From Chrysomallon squamiferum (lineage: Eukaryota > Animalia > Mollusca), in NCBI GenBank assembly GCA_012295275.1, contig CM022670.1, forward strand, positions 24,056,001 to 24,120,000: DNA of 64,000 nt. Direction: 5' to 3'. The first letter of the stretch is position 1; each line of letters begins with the position of its first letter. The notes beneath the pieces were generated by a model that saw nothing but the letters and a program-made list of their open reading frames with translations, made no database searches and was not told the DNA's origin. Positions 40,301-53,042 of this stretch are shown here, piece by piece. The position numbers and the translations under genes are program-made.

Positions 40301-40579
40301 GGATTGGACAGTCTGTCATCAGACTTCTGTGGTGATGAATTTAAAAATATTGAATTAGTTACAGACGGCCATGGATATAGATCTCAGTCACCACTTTCTT
40401 CTGAGACGGAAGGTTCTGTTACTTCTCATAGGTCAAGGGACAGTACTCCACGAAGGATAACTAGGAGTCATTGTATAGACACAGATGAAAACTCTTTAGA
40501 TAGTGTGCAGTCTTTGCATAATACATCTAAGTTGAGATTACGTGAAGGCTGGTTAAGAGCCTCTCATTTCAAATCATGA
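31323..40579 (+). CDS. JADE1: JADE family PHD finger protein (PHF17/rhinoceros-like; EPc-N, PZP = PHD-Zn knuckle-PHD, long disordered C-terminus), HBO1 acetyltransferase complex scaffold
   Basis: Confident exons: 32507-32664 ([14 protein letters not shown]...[16 protein letters not shown]), 32818-32862, 33065-33225, 33335-33393, 33568-33657 ([19 protein letters not shown]), 34005-34067, 34304-34422, 34771-34876 ([13 protein letters not shown]), 35045-35218, 35790-35926, 36132-36252 (YWKLKRK), 38192-38317 (HLRQDLER), 38669-40579 ([15 protein letters not shown]...). N-terminal exons 31323-31347/31386, 31803-31883 and about 32149-32238 are less certain. Probably the single pro-orthologue of vertebrate JADE1/2/3. 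Confidence 0.93.
37290..37970 (+). mobile_element. Decayed Tc1/mariner transposase N-terminal (HTH) fragment in a JADE intron
   Basis: Frame-shifted remnants AGMSLRQ..CQLGHH...ISRLLKK...PRPGRP...[10 protein letters not shown] resemble the Tc1 paired-like HTH, the GRPR linker and the start of the second HTH. Confidence 0.6.
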
Positions 40580-41604
40580 CAGATAGTTTTCAGACATACT
40601 TCATGAATTTGCTTACTGAATTTGAGATTTTTAAACATTTGCTTGCTATTTTATGGATCACTGAAAAAGTTATTTTTAGTCTAGAAATTAGGACAGTAAC
40701 AGTTTATATATAAAATATCACTGCATGAAAATTTAAAATAAACACTGAAACCAGAGGTTATTGTAATTAAATAATAAAAGTACTTTTATTAGGTTTTTAA
40801 TTTTTTTTTCCACTCAAAAGATAATGAGAAAGAACAAAAATTAGTCACGTGTTTAGTCTTTTCATACATTAGCTAAAATAATTTGATTAGCAGATATTTA
40901 AAATATATCAAAAGCTGTCAATAAGTTATCGAAGAAGCTACTTAAATGGGTAAATTTTTTTGGACAGTATTTTCCTTTTTATATAATTTTAAATAACTTG
41001 TTAACAGCATTTAAAGTATCTGTTTTTTTATTCAGTTCAGTTTTATACCATCAAACAATAGATTTGGTTTGTTATTTATTTATAGGCAGTGTTGTTTTTT
41101 TTAAAATTTAAGATAATTTATTTCCTTTTAATTTAATTTCCCAATATCTCAAAATTGTAAATATTTTTTTTTTTTTTTAAAGCAAACAATTTGTAAATAA
41201 AAACATAAAATATATTTTTTATCCTATTTTCAATCTCAGATTGTTTGCCTGATGTAAATGCTATAAATGTTTTTTTGTTTTTTGTTTCCTTAAGAGGGGA
41301 AACTTGTAGGCAAAAGAATTTTTAAAAATCAACATTTGTATATCTGGAGTAAAAACTGCAGACTTCACAACAATGTGCAATATTGTTTTATTTGCTTCTG
41401 ACATGCATTCTCACAGTAATGAGCACAAAACATTATTTTTCTTTAATTTTCAGAAATTGCTGTCATAGTTAAATGAATATATATGTAATTAAAAGTTTGA
41501 AATCTCATACAGAAAGCATTTCAAAGAGTTTTCCCTTTTACCTTCTTATGTAGTTGTTTGTTAATAAAATTGTTTATTAATGTATAGTGAAGATTAATGT
41601 TACA

Positions 41605-41941
41605 TTTTTTTTTTTTTTCATTTTCAATTTAAGCATACACATTTTAAAATCATTATTAAATTGTGAGATGCATTTCATTTGAAGGAACAGATCGTAGAAT
41701 ACATAGGGAAAACATCCTGTCACAGATCTTTAAGCAAATATATATTATTATAACATTAAAATTGTCAACTTTTTTTTTTTCATTTTCAAATTAAGCAAAC
41801 ACATTTTAAAATCTTTATTAAATTGTGAGAGGCGTTGAATACAAATATCATTTGAAGGAAGAGATCATAGAATACATAGGAAAAACATCTGTCACAGATC
41901 TATAAGCAAATATATATTATTATAACATTAAAAGTATCAAC
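41605..41941. repeat. Tandem duplication, 2 x about 165-170 bp, between the JADE and SCOC stop codons
   Basis: Both units begin with a T tract then cattttcaa..taagca.acacattttaaaatc and end gcaaatatatattattataacattaaaa...tcaac. Confidence 0.85.
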
Positions 41942-43505
41942 ATGTTGGCAGTTGCAACTAATTATCTGCAAAAACAGGAATGTGAAAACATTAATCAAGT
42001 CATTTGATTTTATAAAATTTGGGGTTCTGCTTCCAATGAAAAAAATTGTATTTAAATAACAGTCTGTTTTGATGATTGTTAATACAAGAGAAAAAACATT
42101 CTGTTATTAATGAAACAAATACAAGAACATGCATGTGGCTTTCTATATGCACTGAATCACTTTCAAATAAGAAAAATGTATTTATATGAAGCAATAAAGC
42201 AATAAAACAAATTTCTGTATCAAAATTATCAGAACTTTCTGAAAATAAATTAAAAATAACTTAGCTAAGATCCAGATATTTTTAAATGTTTAAAACCGTC
42301 AAATATTATTTTAACATTAAGATATTTGACTTAAACACACCTGGATCATAGATAAAAAAATAATAAAAAATTCTTCCTACCCCACCCTAAGTAAAACTGT
42401 TTTAGGGAAATACAGGTGTATTTTGATATTTTATTTTCAGAAAGCCCAGATAATTGTGATGAAAAAATTGGCTTTTTTAGTATTATGAAGATAATTCATG
42501 GAAGTATACAAATGTACATTCAATAAATAATAAGAAATTCTGACCATATTAATATGGTCAAATTTATCTTTTCGTAGTTTCATAATCTTGGGATGGGGAC
42601 TAGTTCCTTACGAAATGTATTTGTGGAAAATTTAACAAAAATAAACAGTTAGAAGCTTTCACAATGCTGGCGATGATGACTATAAATAAAAATTATTGCA
42701 CTATATTAAGCATACATTTCAGTATGACAGCCACACTAAGATGATATTGTGGAGCAACTGCTTCATAATTCACTTCAGCACTGTTTACTAAATGTAAAAT
42801 TAACCAATTAGGTAACATGAATATCCAAAGCCATCTTCTTGAATCAGCGATTTCATTGCCATTTTCACTGATGGATTCATCAGAACAGTCATAGTTCGTT
42901 TGACTAGTTTTTTATCTCTCTATCTGATTTACTGCAATGTTTTTGTTATTTTATTATTTTTTTCTGGAAGAAAAAAAGAAAAAAGTAAATTTAAGCATAA
43001 TTAACAATACAAGTTTCTAAATTCATGACATTTCAAGCACTTTATTACAAAACTGATAAATTTAATAGGGATATAATTTATGGAAAGAAAACAAAAATTA
43101 AAAAAAACATGAAACATATATAAATGTGTATTTGACATATATTAATAATATCAGTAATGATTAGCCTTTAGTGGTGATTAATCAAAAGTTAGAAAACTAT
43201 TAAACTATATCTGGTTTATTCCAAATAATCCATATTATTTAAGTATTAATAATATCAATAATGGTTACTGTGAAGGTTTAATGATACATTTTCAGTGGTA
43301 ATTAATTATTTGTAGTTAGAAATTATCTGATATTCCCTGACAACTGTTAAACTATATCAGTGGTTTATACCAAATAATCTACATTATTAAAAGATTAACC
43401 CTCAATGGTATAAATGAAATGTAAAATGAACTAGAAAGCTTGAGCCACCGAATTTGTGACTTTGTTACATCAAAACTTAATATCAGCAAGATGATATCTA
43501 CATAC

Positions 43506-45026
43506 TTATTTCTTTTTAGCTTTTGGTGAGGTTGACTGGAAAACGCTGCTGGCAGCCATGAGATTCTCTATATATTGACCCAAAACCTGATTTTCCGACT
43601 TCAGTTTCAAATTTTCTTCTTTGACTGAGTCGACTCGTGAAGATAAATCTACAATGTAATATTTTTATATTTTTTATTTTTTTTAAATTTTTTAAATATT
43701 TATTCTTCCTGTTACTTAAATAGGGGTCTTTGAAGTAGTTGATACAGATGAATACAGGTTAGTGGATATTTCACATTGTCAAAACTTTTTCAATTTGAAA
43801 GGTAAGTTTTGGCTTTAGACTTTTAAAGTAATATAAATAATGACACAAACATGGCTGTGAAACAATTTATTACTTGCATTCATGAGATCCTGTGTGGTTA
43901 AAGCTTATTTTTGAAGCTTTATTATTACAGGAATTCCTTTAGGGTTTTTTTTAATGACTATTCCCCCTTTTACCATCATTATAAGATCCTCATTTAGCAG
44001 AAATGGGAAAGGGGAATAAATAGTTGAGCATTTTATGATGTAGTGAAATGTTCAGTACTAAGACGTGACATGTAATAAATAATCAGGTTGAAGGACTCAC
44101 CATCAAGAGTGTTTTGCAACTCTAAAACCTGTGATATAAGTTTTTGTTTTTCTTCCCATTCATCTTGGTTAATATCAGGATCTAAATCTGAAAGAAGCAA
44201 ACAAGCATTTTGTAATTTTTATTTTATTTTATAGTTATTCTGTAACAATAATTTTTCTTTGAGAACTTAAGAAAAAAGTTAATACAGATCTACATTAAGA
44301 ATTTACTCATTTTATGTGTAAAATGTCAAACACAGGATCAAAAAAAAATTATTGGCTTTTCTTTTTTATGTTGAAGAAAACATACACAATAAGAATAAAT
44401 AACAAATAATAAAAAGTATAACTAAAATAATGAACAATTTCTTACTAGTCATTTGAGTATTCACAGTAAGAACATCATTTTTGCAGTTCTCTTCCTTCAC
44501 TGAATTATCAGCCATGTTCTGCTGAAGATCTATAATAATAAAAATAACAATAACAATAAATTTAAAAAACAGATCACTACATGATTCTCTTAAACCTTTC
44601 CTTAACAACAAATGTACTGAATACTGATGGACAGAAAAACAATCCTATCTAATGTTAGTATTTTTCAAAATTTCGGTATTAAAAATATCAAAAATAATGT
44701 ATATATCTATATGTATTTTCTTATTTTCTAAGAAACGATTTGGGTGAAAAACAACAAAGTTACAATGCTAGCAACATAATAAATTTAATGTCTATGCATT
44801 GTATCAGTAATACACAAGCTGCTTTGACTTCGGCTTCGCTTAACTTCTTATATCTTACATTCATAGACTCTTACGAGACAAATATAAATTTATACTGAAT
44901 TTCAAATATAAATTATTATAATGAGACAACTGACTGATAGTTGAATAAACACAAACATTTACCATGTTCGCCGTCACTGGATAACGGTATATTGTCGAGG
45001 TCACTGCTAATATCACCGCCAGACAT
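43506..45026 (-). CDS. SCOC: Short coiled-coil protein (SCOC/UNC-69), 4 coding exons, about 125 aa
   Basis: Minus-strand exons 45026-44963 ([21 protein letters not shown]), 44529-44446, 44187-44101 ([18 protein letters not shown]), 43648-43506 ([47 protein letters not shown]). All junctions are phase compatible and the C-terminus closely resembles known SCOC proteins. Mostly missed by the ORF track. Confidence 0.95.
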
Positions 45027-45257
45027 TTCCAAATTTTTATGTAATCCTTTAGACTCTAGAGCGTTGAAAAAATATTTATATTTTATGTTGTAGTCTAGAG
45101 ATTACGAAAGTGTCCTACTTTCAGTGATCGTCGGTAATTATTCTATTTTTATTTTGTTCACATTTAACACCATCTGAAAGCAAGAAAAATATCATTTAAT
45201 GAATTATAAAAATGAATACATTTTATGCACTGAATTTTATAAAAGAATACTACTTAC

Positions 45258-45340
45258 AAATTAACTACAGATCAATTCACGAGAAGGTCGCCATCTTTTG
45301 ATCACGTGGGATCATGACGTCAGAAGGAAATGTCAACCTC
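45258..45340. promoter_or_regulatory. Bidirectional promoter between SCOC (-) and the WW-domain gene (+)
   Basis: Clustered YY1-type CGCCATCTT (45289-45297), E-box CACGTG (45303-45308) and full CRE TGACGTCA (45315-45322). A minus-strand donor gtaagt follows 45258 (SCOC first exon). A CpG-rich plus-strand stretch at about 45900-46139 ends at a donor. Confidence 0.65.
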
Positions 45341-45889
45341 GGTTATATATTCTAAACGAACATTGTGATTTAACATGGTGGTTTCTAAACATTAAATAAG
45401 AAGAAAAAAGAAAAAAAAAGAATAAAAATTCTTGTTTCACATGAATTATAAAACTGTGAAACGTGAATCTGATATGCATTTCTTACTATCGCCATATAAT
45501 TAGATTAACATACATACGCTAATATATATTATAATATTTATATATGTTGTTTATTTAAATGTTGAATTAAAGCATCTAATAGAATCGCGAAGCAGTTAGT
45601 TTCTAATTTTAGGTTTGCAGAATTTCATGAAGATATTTTGATATTTTAAAGAATGTCAATATCATTTTATGGATACAAAAAGGTGAATTTATTTATTGTT
45701 CATCGAATACCTTTTTATAGTATTGCTGCTTCTACTGGTGAGAACAAATTTTGTTAGTTAATTCGTAAAATAAAATAAAAATAACAATAAATACATTTAA
45801 AAAAAAATGCAGTGATACTTTTTTCTTTTCTCTCAGTTCAAATTTATTAATCGTAAGTCAGTAATATTGATTCAGAGAATTTCAATAAT

Positions 45890-46139
45890 TCATGTTCTAC
45901 AGAAGACGTCATGAATGCTAAATAAGTTGCTCAGTGCATAGTTTTGTTCGGCAATAGCTCATTCGGCTAAATTCGTTTAACTGCCGATTACAGTCGAGCT
46001 TTTCCGACTCCTTCAAGCACCTGCATGTTGAGCCGAGCAACTATCAATACTATGTTGAAGCGGGGAACGTTTACCATGGATATGAAGAGAATTACGTTTT
46101 CACACGGATTTTATTCTTGAGAGTGACACTTTTTAACAG
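45890..46139 (+). other. Probable non-coding 5' exon of the WW-domain gene
   Basis: CpG-rich patch in CpG-poor DNA, ending aacag|gtgaag. Contains a short uORF MDMKRITFSHGFYS*. Confidence 0.4.
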
Positions 46140-46987
46140 GTGAAGTAATATTTCGTTGTTTCAGTTTACTATCAGTCCCTTATATCTCATGTACGATCAG
46201 ATTATGATTATTGTTTATTTATTTATTTTAAAAGAATAGAAAAGAAAAAATAAAGAAGTCAAAATGGGAAAAACACATGATATTGAAATACCCGATTATT
46301 CGTCTATGGGTCGCATGATATCTGAGTTATCTGAGGTGTAATTTGGAATAAAGCCAAATTTATTGACACAGTAGAAATTTTTCTGTAAAGACCATTTTGT
46401 CTATCAGTAATTTAAAATATGTAATAATATATATATCATAATACAACAATAAATTTGTTTTGAAAATGTTTACAATTTATAATTCGTATGTATATAATGT
46501 TCAGTCTTCGCTATAATAATATTGAAAAGAAAAAGAAAAAAGGAAATTAATAAATAAATCAACAAATAAATAAATAATAATCAATTAAGAGAAAGAAAAG
46601 AATTAAAATAATAATGCAAGTACATTAATTTTTTTTTTTTTTTAGCTTAAATATGTATATACTTAAAATTAAAATTACATAAACTGTCAGTGTAAATCTT
46701 CAGCATTTATTATTCAAATTTATTATTATTATTATTTTTTTTTTAATACTTAAAATTCCTTTAGGTAAGTTAAATCTCTAACTTTATTAAATACTGTGAC
46801 TTATGATATGTATTTTTTAAAAACCCTCCTGAAATGTGATACTCCATATACATGAACAAGATGTAGAAATAGATTGTCATCAAAAAGTTGACCAAAACAA
46901 AAATTTAAAAATATTTCATTATATCTGTTATACTTTCCTTTAAGTCCTAATGATTCTTATATATGTGTATATAAATACATACATACT

Positions 46988-47025
<38 letters not shown>

Positions 47026-49131
47026 TATATTATAATAATAATAATAATAATAATATATAAAAATAATAATTACCCATTTTTATTATCAAATGTGCTAAAT
47101 AAAGGCTTGTCAGTTTCAACTTAATTGGTCAGATTTGCATGTTGTCATTCACACAGTGAAAAGGCTTTTTCACTTTTTATGGCTATGAATATCTTTTGGA
47201 AAGTAGTAATTTATATGGTAACAGATATATTATGATTTTACTTAGACAAGATTAACAAAATAGTTTATTATAATAGTCACAGTGTTTTTTTATTTATTTA
47301 TTTTTTAATTATACTTATTAAAAAATGAATATTCTTTTATATATAATTATATATTTTATTTAAAAAACTCCTATTTAAAAATTGTTATTCCTTTCATTAC
47401 AAAATATCTTTATATGTATGTATGTGTATGTGTATTTCTGTGTGCATGTAACTGACACATGCATGTGTATACACATATATGCATACATATGACATATAGA
47501 CACAGATACATGTATGTTTCTTTATATGTATGAATAGAAATATATACATTTCTGAACAGCTAGATACTCTTGTTTCCATACTGAAGATTTATGAACATGA
47601 TATATTTGTAATGATAATTCTTATTCTAAATATTTGGCTGTTGGCCATAACACATATCAGTGTATTAAAAACAACAAATGCCATTTTAATGTTGTTAAAG
47701 GAGTGTTACTGAATTAGAGTAATTTCTTTGAAACATAATTATACACATTAAATAAACAACAGACGTTTTTCAACATTCAGTAAAATGGTATAATGTCATA
47801 ATGTCATCTTTATATTATATATTTTTTAACAAGTGGGCAAGTTTTAATAGATATTAGAAAAACCATAGATGGTATGAATCAATTATACTTGTCTCGTGTG
47901 TTAATACTGAGTTTGTAAAATTATTTTTTATTTTTTTAAAGGAAATTGTAATAGTATATTTTTGTAAACTTGTTCAGATATTAATTTATTTAAATGATAT
48001 TATTATTTTTTTTTTTTCCTATTTTATTGATATTTAATAATAATAGTAAAAATAATGAAGTAATTTTAAAACTGATTTAATTAAATAATTTTAAGTATTA
48101 TTTGTAGTTTCTGTTAATGAAGAATACCATTTTTTTTTTTCATCTAATTTTTAAAATTGTCATTTAATATCTATTTAACAAATTAATAATAAACCTAAGA
48201 AAACAAGCATGCTGTTAAGTGCTCATTTACATTTACTTCACTTTTAAAAAGCTGAAATAACTAATTTTGTTATACTGACATTTCTTATTTCCTGCATGGA
48301 TGATTAAAAAAAGAAAAAAAAAAAAAAAGTACTTCCCTTTTAGCATTTTTCTATTACTCCAGTTCTGGCTTTCAAAATTATAAAATCATTCGTTAGATAT
48401 TAACACAAATGTAAATAAATTGAGATAAATTTCTACTATTTTTCTGTTTTTGAAGAGGTTAATGTATCAAGAGGGAACGCTATCCTTTTCATGTTAGGCC
48501 TATATAATACAGTGCTTCAGTTGTGTCATATTTAAAATACACTATTTGCCTTTCATGTTTGCAGTACATTAGAGATTAAACAGAATTTTGTTTCTTTACT
48601 CAGATGTCAGAAGTCACTCTCTGGGTTATTCTGTATCAATAGAAACTATTACCAAGATCATGTATTCGTACGAAAGACTGCTAAACCTCATGTTTGATAT
48701 TCATTAGTACTTAACAGCTATTATTGTAATTCGCAAGAAAAGCCACCGACATGTAGTACATCAGTGAACAGCCATGAAGTGTCTTTTCCATATATATTAT
48801 CTGGTGTGGGTTTTTTTTTTTTATCTTTTTTTTTAAATATCACATTTGTTGATCAGACAATTGTGGGCATTGCTTTTCTGCTTGTAATGAAAACGACAGT
48901 TGGATGTGTGATGCCTGGTTAAGTGAGGACCCCTCCTGCTTCACTGTGGACAGCTGTGTACAGATTGTTACAAAAGCAAACACAGAAGGTGACAGAGTAA
49001 ATGTTGCTGTTTGTTTCCAAAGACTTACGATTGCCTGGATTTTAGCCGAATTACAAGTACTGTAGGAATTTTCTGTCTGAAATAAAATATATATAAGAAA
49101 ATGTATGATTACTTTTTTTTATTTACAAAGC

Positions 49132-49266
49132 TAATTGTGTTTTGATAACAAAAAAGGATTTTGTTTCTGATATCAAAGAGATTTAGTTCAATATTTTTTA
49201 ATTGTGTTTTGATAACAAAAAGGATTTTGTTACTGATATCAAAGAGATTTAGTTCAATATTTTTTA
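49132..49266. repeat. Tandem duplication, 2 x about 67 bp
   Basis: taattgtgttttgataacaaaaaggattttgtt.ctgatatcaaagagatttagttcaatatttttt occurs twice. Confidence 0.9.
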
Positions 49267-49511
49267 AAGACAGCTCCTTTTGTTTATATTACAGTTTTAA
49301 AAAAATATTTATTATGATTTTATTATTTATTTTATTACATTATTTTTATAAGCTATAATATATTAAATTTTTAACCTACAGTATATTAATTTAGTTAAAT
49401 GTTTTTTTTTTTATTAACTCTTAGTTTGATGCATAATTCTCGTTAATCACTGAAATATTGCCTCAAATCTGTCTATAATTATTGTCAGTTCCATGCATCA
49501 CTTTGTCAAGC

Positions 49512-49690
49512 TAACAACACTTTTCAGCACTAACAAACAAACACAAACAACACTTTTTAGCACCGTTAAACACATACAAACAACACTTTTTAGCACTAAT
49601 GAAAAAAATATGAACAGCACTTTTTAGTGCTAATAAAGAAACACTAACAAACTTTTTAATGTCAATAAACAAATGTAAACTGCACATTTT
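49512..49690. repeat. Degenerate minisatellite, about 34 bp unit
   Basis: Recurrent aacaacactttttagcac motif, about 5-6 decaying copies. Confidence 0.65.
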
Positions 49691-50023
49691 AGGGCCATCA
49701 GATATTCACAATTTTTTAACTATGAGATCTTTTTAATTCTGCTGTTTTGAAAACAACTAAACATGACCAAAAAAAATGCCCTTTTTTTTACCTGCACCCA
49801 GCCCCTTTTGCAGTCTGGGGGAAGCACTAATATATATACATATATATTTTCACATTTTCAGATTCTAATCATTATGATCAAGTAATAACTCGAGCAGAAG
49901 GAACTTCTGTATAAAACTGAATGTGAAATGTTTTGGAAAGTACAGAACAAGTTTGGTGATTATAATGGGAGCAGAGCATTTTTCACGTACCTGCAAGGAG
50001 ACATAGCATAGCTACTGTCAGGA

Positions 50024-50121
50024 ATGGTCTCCAAGGCAAATGTGCTTCAGAAGATTAACTTGGAGCTTGAAGAAGGATGGGAAGCCAAATTAAGCCCAGA
50101 AGGACGAATCTACTATGTCAA
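50024..50121 (+). CDS. First coding exon of a protein with an N-terminal WW domain (partial; remainder not found in window)
   Basis: Exon 49862-50121 (tttcag| ... |gtgagt) encodes MVSKANVLQKINLELEEGWEAKLSPEGRIYYV(N), matching the WW pattern L-x-x-GWE-x5-GR-x-YYVN. It is interrupted by a phase-2 intron. An in-frame TAG at 50009 lies upstream of the ATG. The family cannot be assigned from 32 residues. Confidence 0.8.
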
Positions 50122-52967
50122 GTGAGTACATTGTCATTATGAAATCAATGATTTTTGGCTTGAGTTTGAATTGCAGTGGAATAAAAATTGTCTGAGTGTC
50201 CTCGTGTCAGTTCTTCCAACCGTCTGGTTTTCTTAAACATTTTTCAGTTAAGTATGAGGTTTGGTTTCTTATTATTACCTGCACTGTTGGAAGTAGATCC
50301 ACTAAATGCATAGTGCATATATATATATATATAAACTAAGGAACAAATGTGTACCTATTGACTGAAAACAGTGTTGTTTTTATTTTTAATTAAATACACA
50401 GAGATAATATAAAAACATATTTCATAAAAAAAAGTAATATTAATGATAACTCATGTTTTACCTTTCTGTTCTGCTTGGATGAAAATAATCATCATCATCA
50501 TCATCATCATTGTTATTAATTCAGGCACAACAGAAGTGATGTATAACATGATTACTCGAAACAGTGTCATCTGATCATATTTACTTTTTCTGATTCCATT
50601 TTAGCTGAAATTTGGTAAAGTAAACGGAATATCACATAATAAAATTTTTACTGAATTTATTCTGAGACGCTCAGCAAAACTGCTTCATGATAAATCCTCT
50701 GAAATGTGTAAAAAGCCATCAAATGTGTGAATAATTCCCATCAGTAATAATATTACTTTCAGTGCTGTAACTCCACCAGCAGATAAGAAACCGGTGATAA
50801 ATCTTTGATTTCATCATAAGTGTTGGCCATTTGAGAAACATTATCACACCATATCACTTAAATAAACGTTATTAGCAGAAGTAATAAAAGTGGTTTAAGA
50901 CCAGGAAATTAAATTACAGAGACACCTACTGGAAGTAATGGGCTTCGCTTCAAACTGTCCCTGCATGAAACTCAATTTCTCTGTAGATAACCCCGCTCTG
51001 TGAGACTAATAGTTGTATCCACCGTGCACATGTATGTGTGTGTGTGTACATGTGTATCGATCTGTATTTGTGTGATGTAATTATATACGTCTGTGTTTGA
51101 GAATGTGTCTGAATGTATGAAAATAATAATAATTTGTTAAAATATATGTGTTTATTATATTTATTTGCTGGCTGTTAAATTTGATCACAGATCATTGAAG
51201 AGATCATCTTCCTAAATCATAACTATATTTAATACACTAAATGTATCTCAAATGTATTTAAATTAAACAGCAACAAATATCCTACAATAATAAATTTAAA
51301 AAAAAAACAGACATACATGCACACAGATCATTTAACTATAATTAAAGTTTATTGCTAATTTCACAGAAATAAATTCATACATAGATACATTTACACTTTT
51401 GATGTTGTCATATATTAACAGTGTAATACTCTGTTGTATAAAATCACTGAATTATTCCTTTTTTTTAAATAAATAAATATGTGAGATCTACAACACCTGA
51501 CACAACAGTGCATGTTATTTATCAAACGATCTACAATGTTTGTTGAGTCAGACTTGTTAACATGCTTATCTACCTGTAAGGTAAATATACGGTTAACAGT
51601 AAGTACTACTGTAGAGACAAAACCAAAATGATTAAAAAAAGAAAGAAAAGAAAGTCAGTAAAGTGACAGTGTCTAATGTAATCATATTACAGTAACAGTA
51701 TTAAATGAAACTTCAGCAGTACAGACAATATTAAATGTAACAACATAGTTATAACATTAAAGGTAACTGCATCATTTCAAACAGTATTAAATGAAACTAT
51801 AGTAGAGAGAGTATTAAATATAGGCAAAGAATAGTCACAGTGTTAAGTGATATCAAAGCAGTGATAGTATTAAATGCACTTATTAAGACTGTAGTACTGA
51901 CAGGTGACTACATGTTCATGACTTTTAAACACGACTATGATACACATGTTTTATGTTTTTGTTACTGATCTAACTAACTGTCTATCTAGCTATCTATATC
52001 TATCTATCTATGTAACTATATATATATATATATGTGCGTGTTTGTGTGTGTGTGTATATATATATATATCCGTGTGTGTGTGAGTATCAAAAAATTGAAA
52101 CAAATATTTTCCATGACTACTAAATTGTAACGAAAATCTTCAAAGGAACAAAACAATATAATTATATTTAAAAAAAAGAAAAAAAAAAGAATTATGTATA
52201 TTTATAAACGTTCTGGAATTTTGTTCAGAAGTCATTTCATAATTAGACTGTGAAATAACAATAGTTGTATATGCTCGTGTTACTTATAATGTACACTTAA
52301 ATATGAGAAAAAACCAGTTAGCACACATTGTATGTAGGTTAATGAGTTGTTTGAAAGGACAAGGAAATGCTTTATATGACAACAGATAAAGCCACACACT
52401 TTACAGTATTTGTCTTAATTATAGCAATTATCGGTTTCTTATGTTTTCTCTGTTCTTTATTATTTTTGTTCCTAATGGTTAAAAAAGAGAAAAGATATAT
52501 ATACATTTGAAATATATACTTAAAAACATCAATAATAAAAATATATGTATTTATGTTTTCAGTGTAATTACTAAAGTTAATGTTATTTATAACATGTCAT
52601 CTATAAATATGTTTGTCATTTTTCCTTGAATTTGTCTTTAATTATTATATTTTTAAATTGTAATTTTTAATATAGTGATATGATAAATAAAACATTTTAT
52701 ATCTTCATATTTTTAAGAACTACACATAACAATCATCAGATAAAGTTACCTGTACTTTTCTGTATTTACAGTCAGTGTGATTTTGACAACTCTGTTATGT
52801 TACCTGTCTGAAAAACATAATTTCAATAAAACCCTTCTTTGCATTTCAAAGCAAAATGCCATTTGCATTAAAGATTAACACTTTTGATAATGTTATCTGA
52901 AGAATTGGTGTATAAATGGTTTGGAATATATATAAATATTTTATTGCACTAGCATGCATAAAGACAT

Positions 52968-52968
<1 letters not shown>

Positions 52969-53037
<69 letters not shown>

Positions 53038-53042
53038 ACACA
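52969..53042. repeat. (CA)n microsatellite
   Basis: Directly visible. Confidence 0.98.

Noticed and set aside
38989-40319. Antisense and alternative-frame ORFs inside the large JADE exon
   Set aside because: Expected shadows of a long coding exon.
44963-44965. Apparent ATG|GT start at the end of a SCOC exon
   Set aside because: It is CAT G within the frame that starts at 45026, which splices in frame to the next exon.
49512-49690. Repeat-spacer-like periodicity
   Set aside because: Degenerate eukaryotic minisatellite with related spacers and no cas genes, so not CRISPR.
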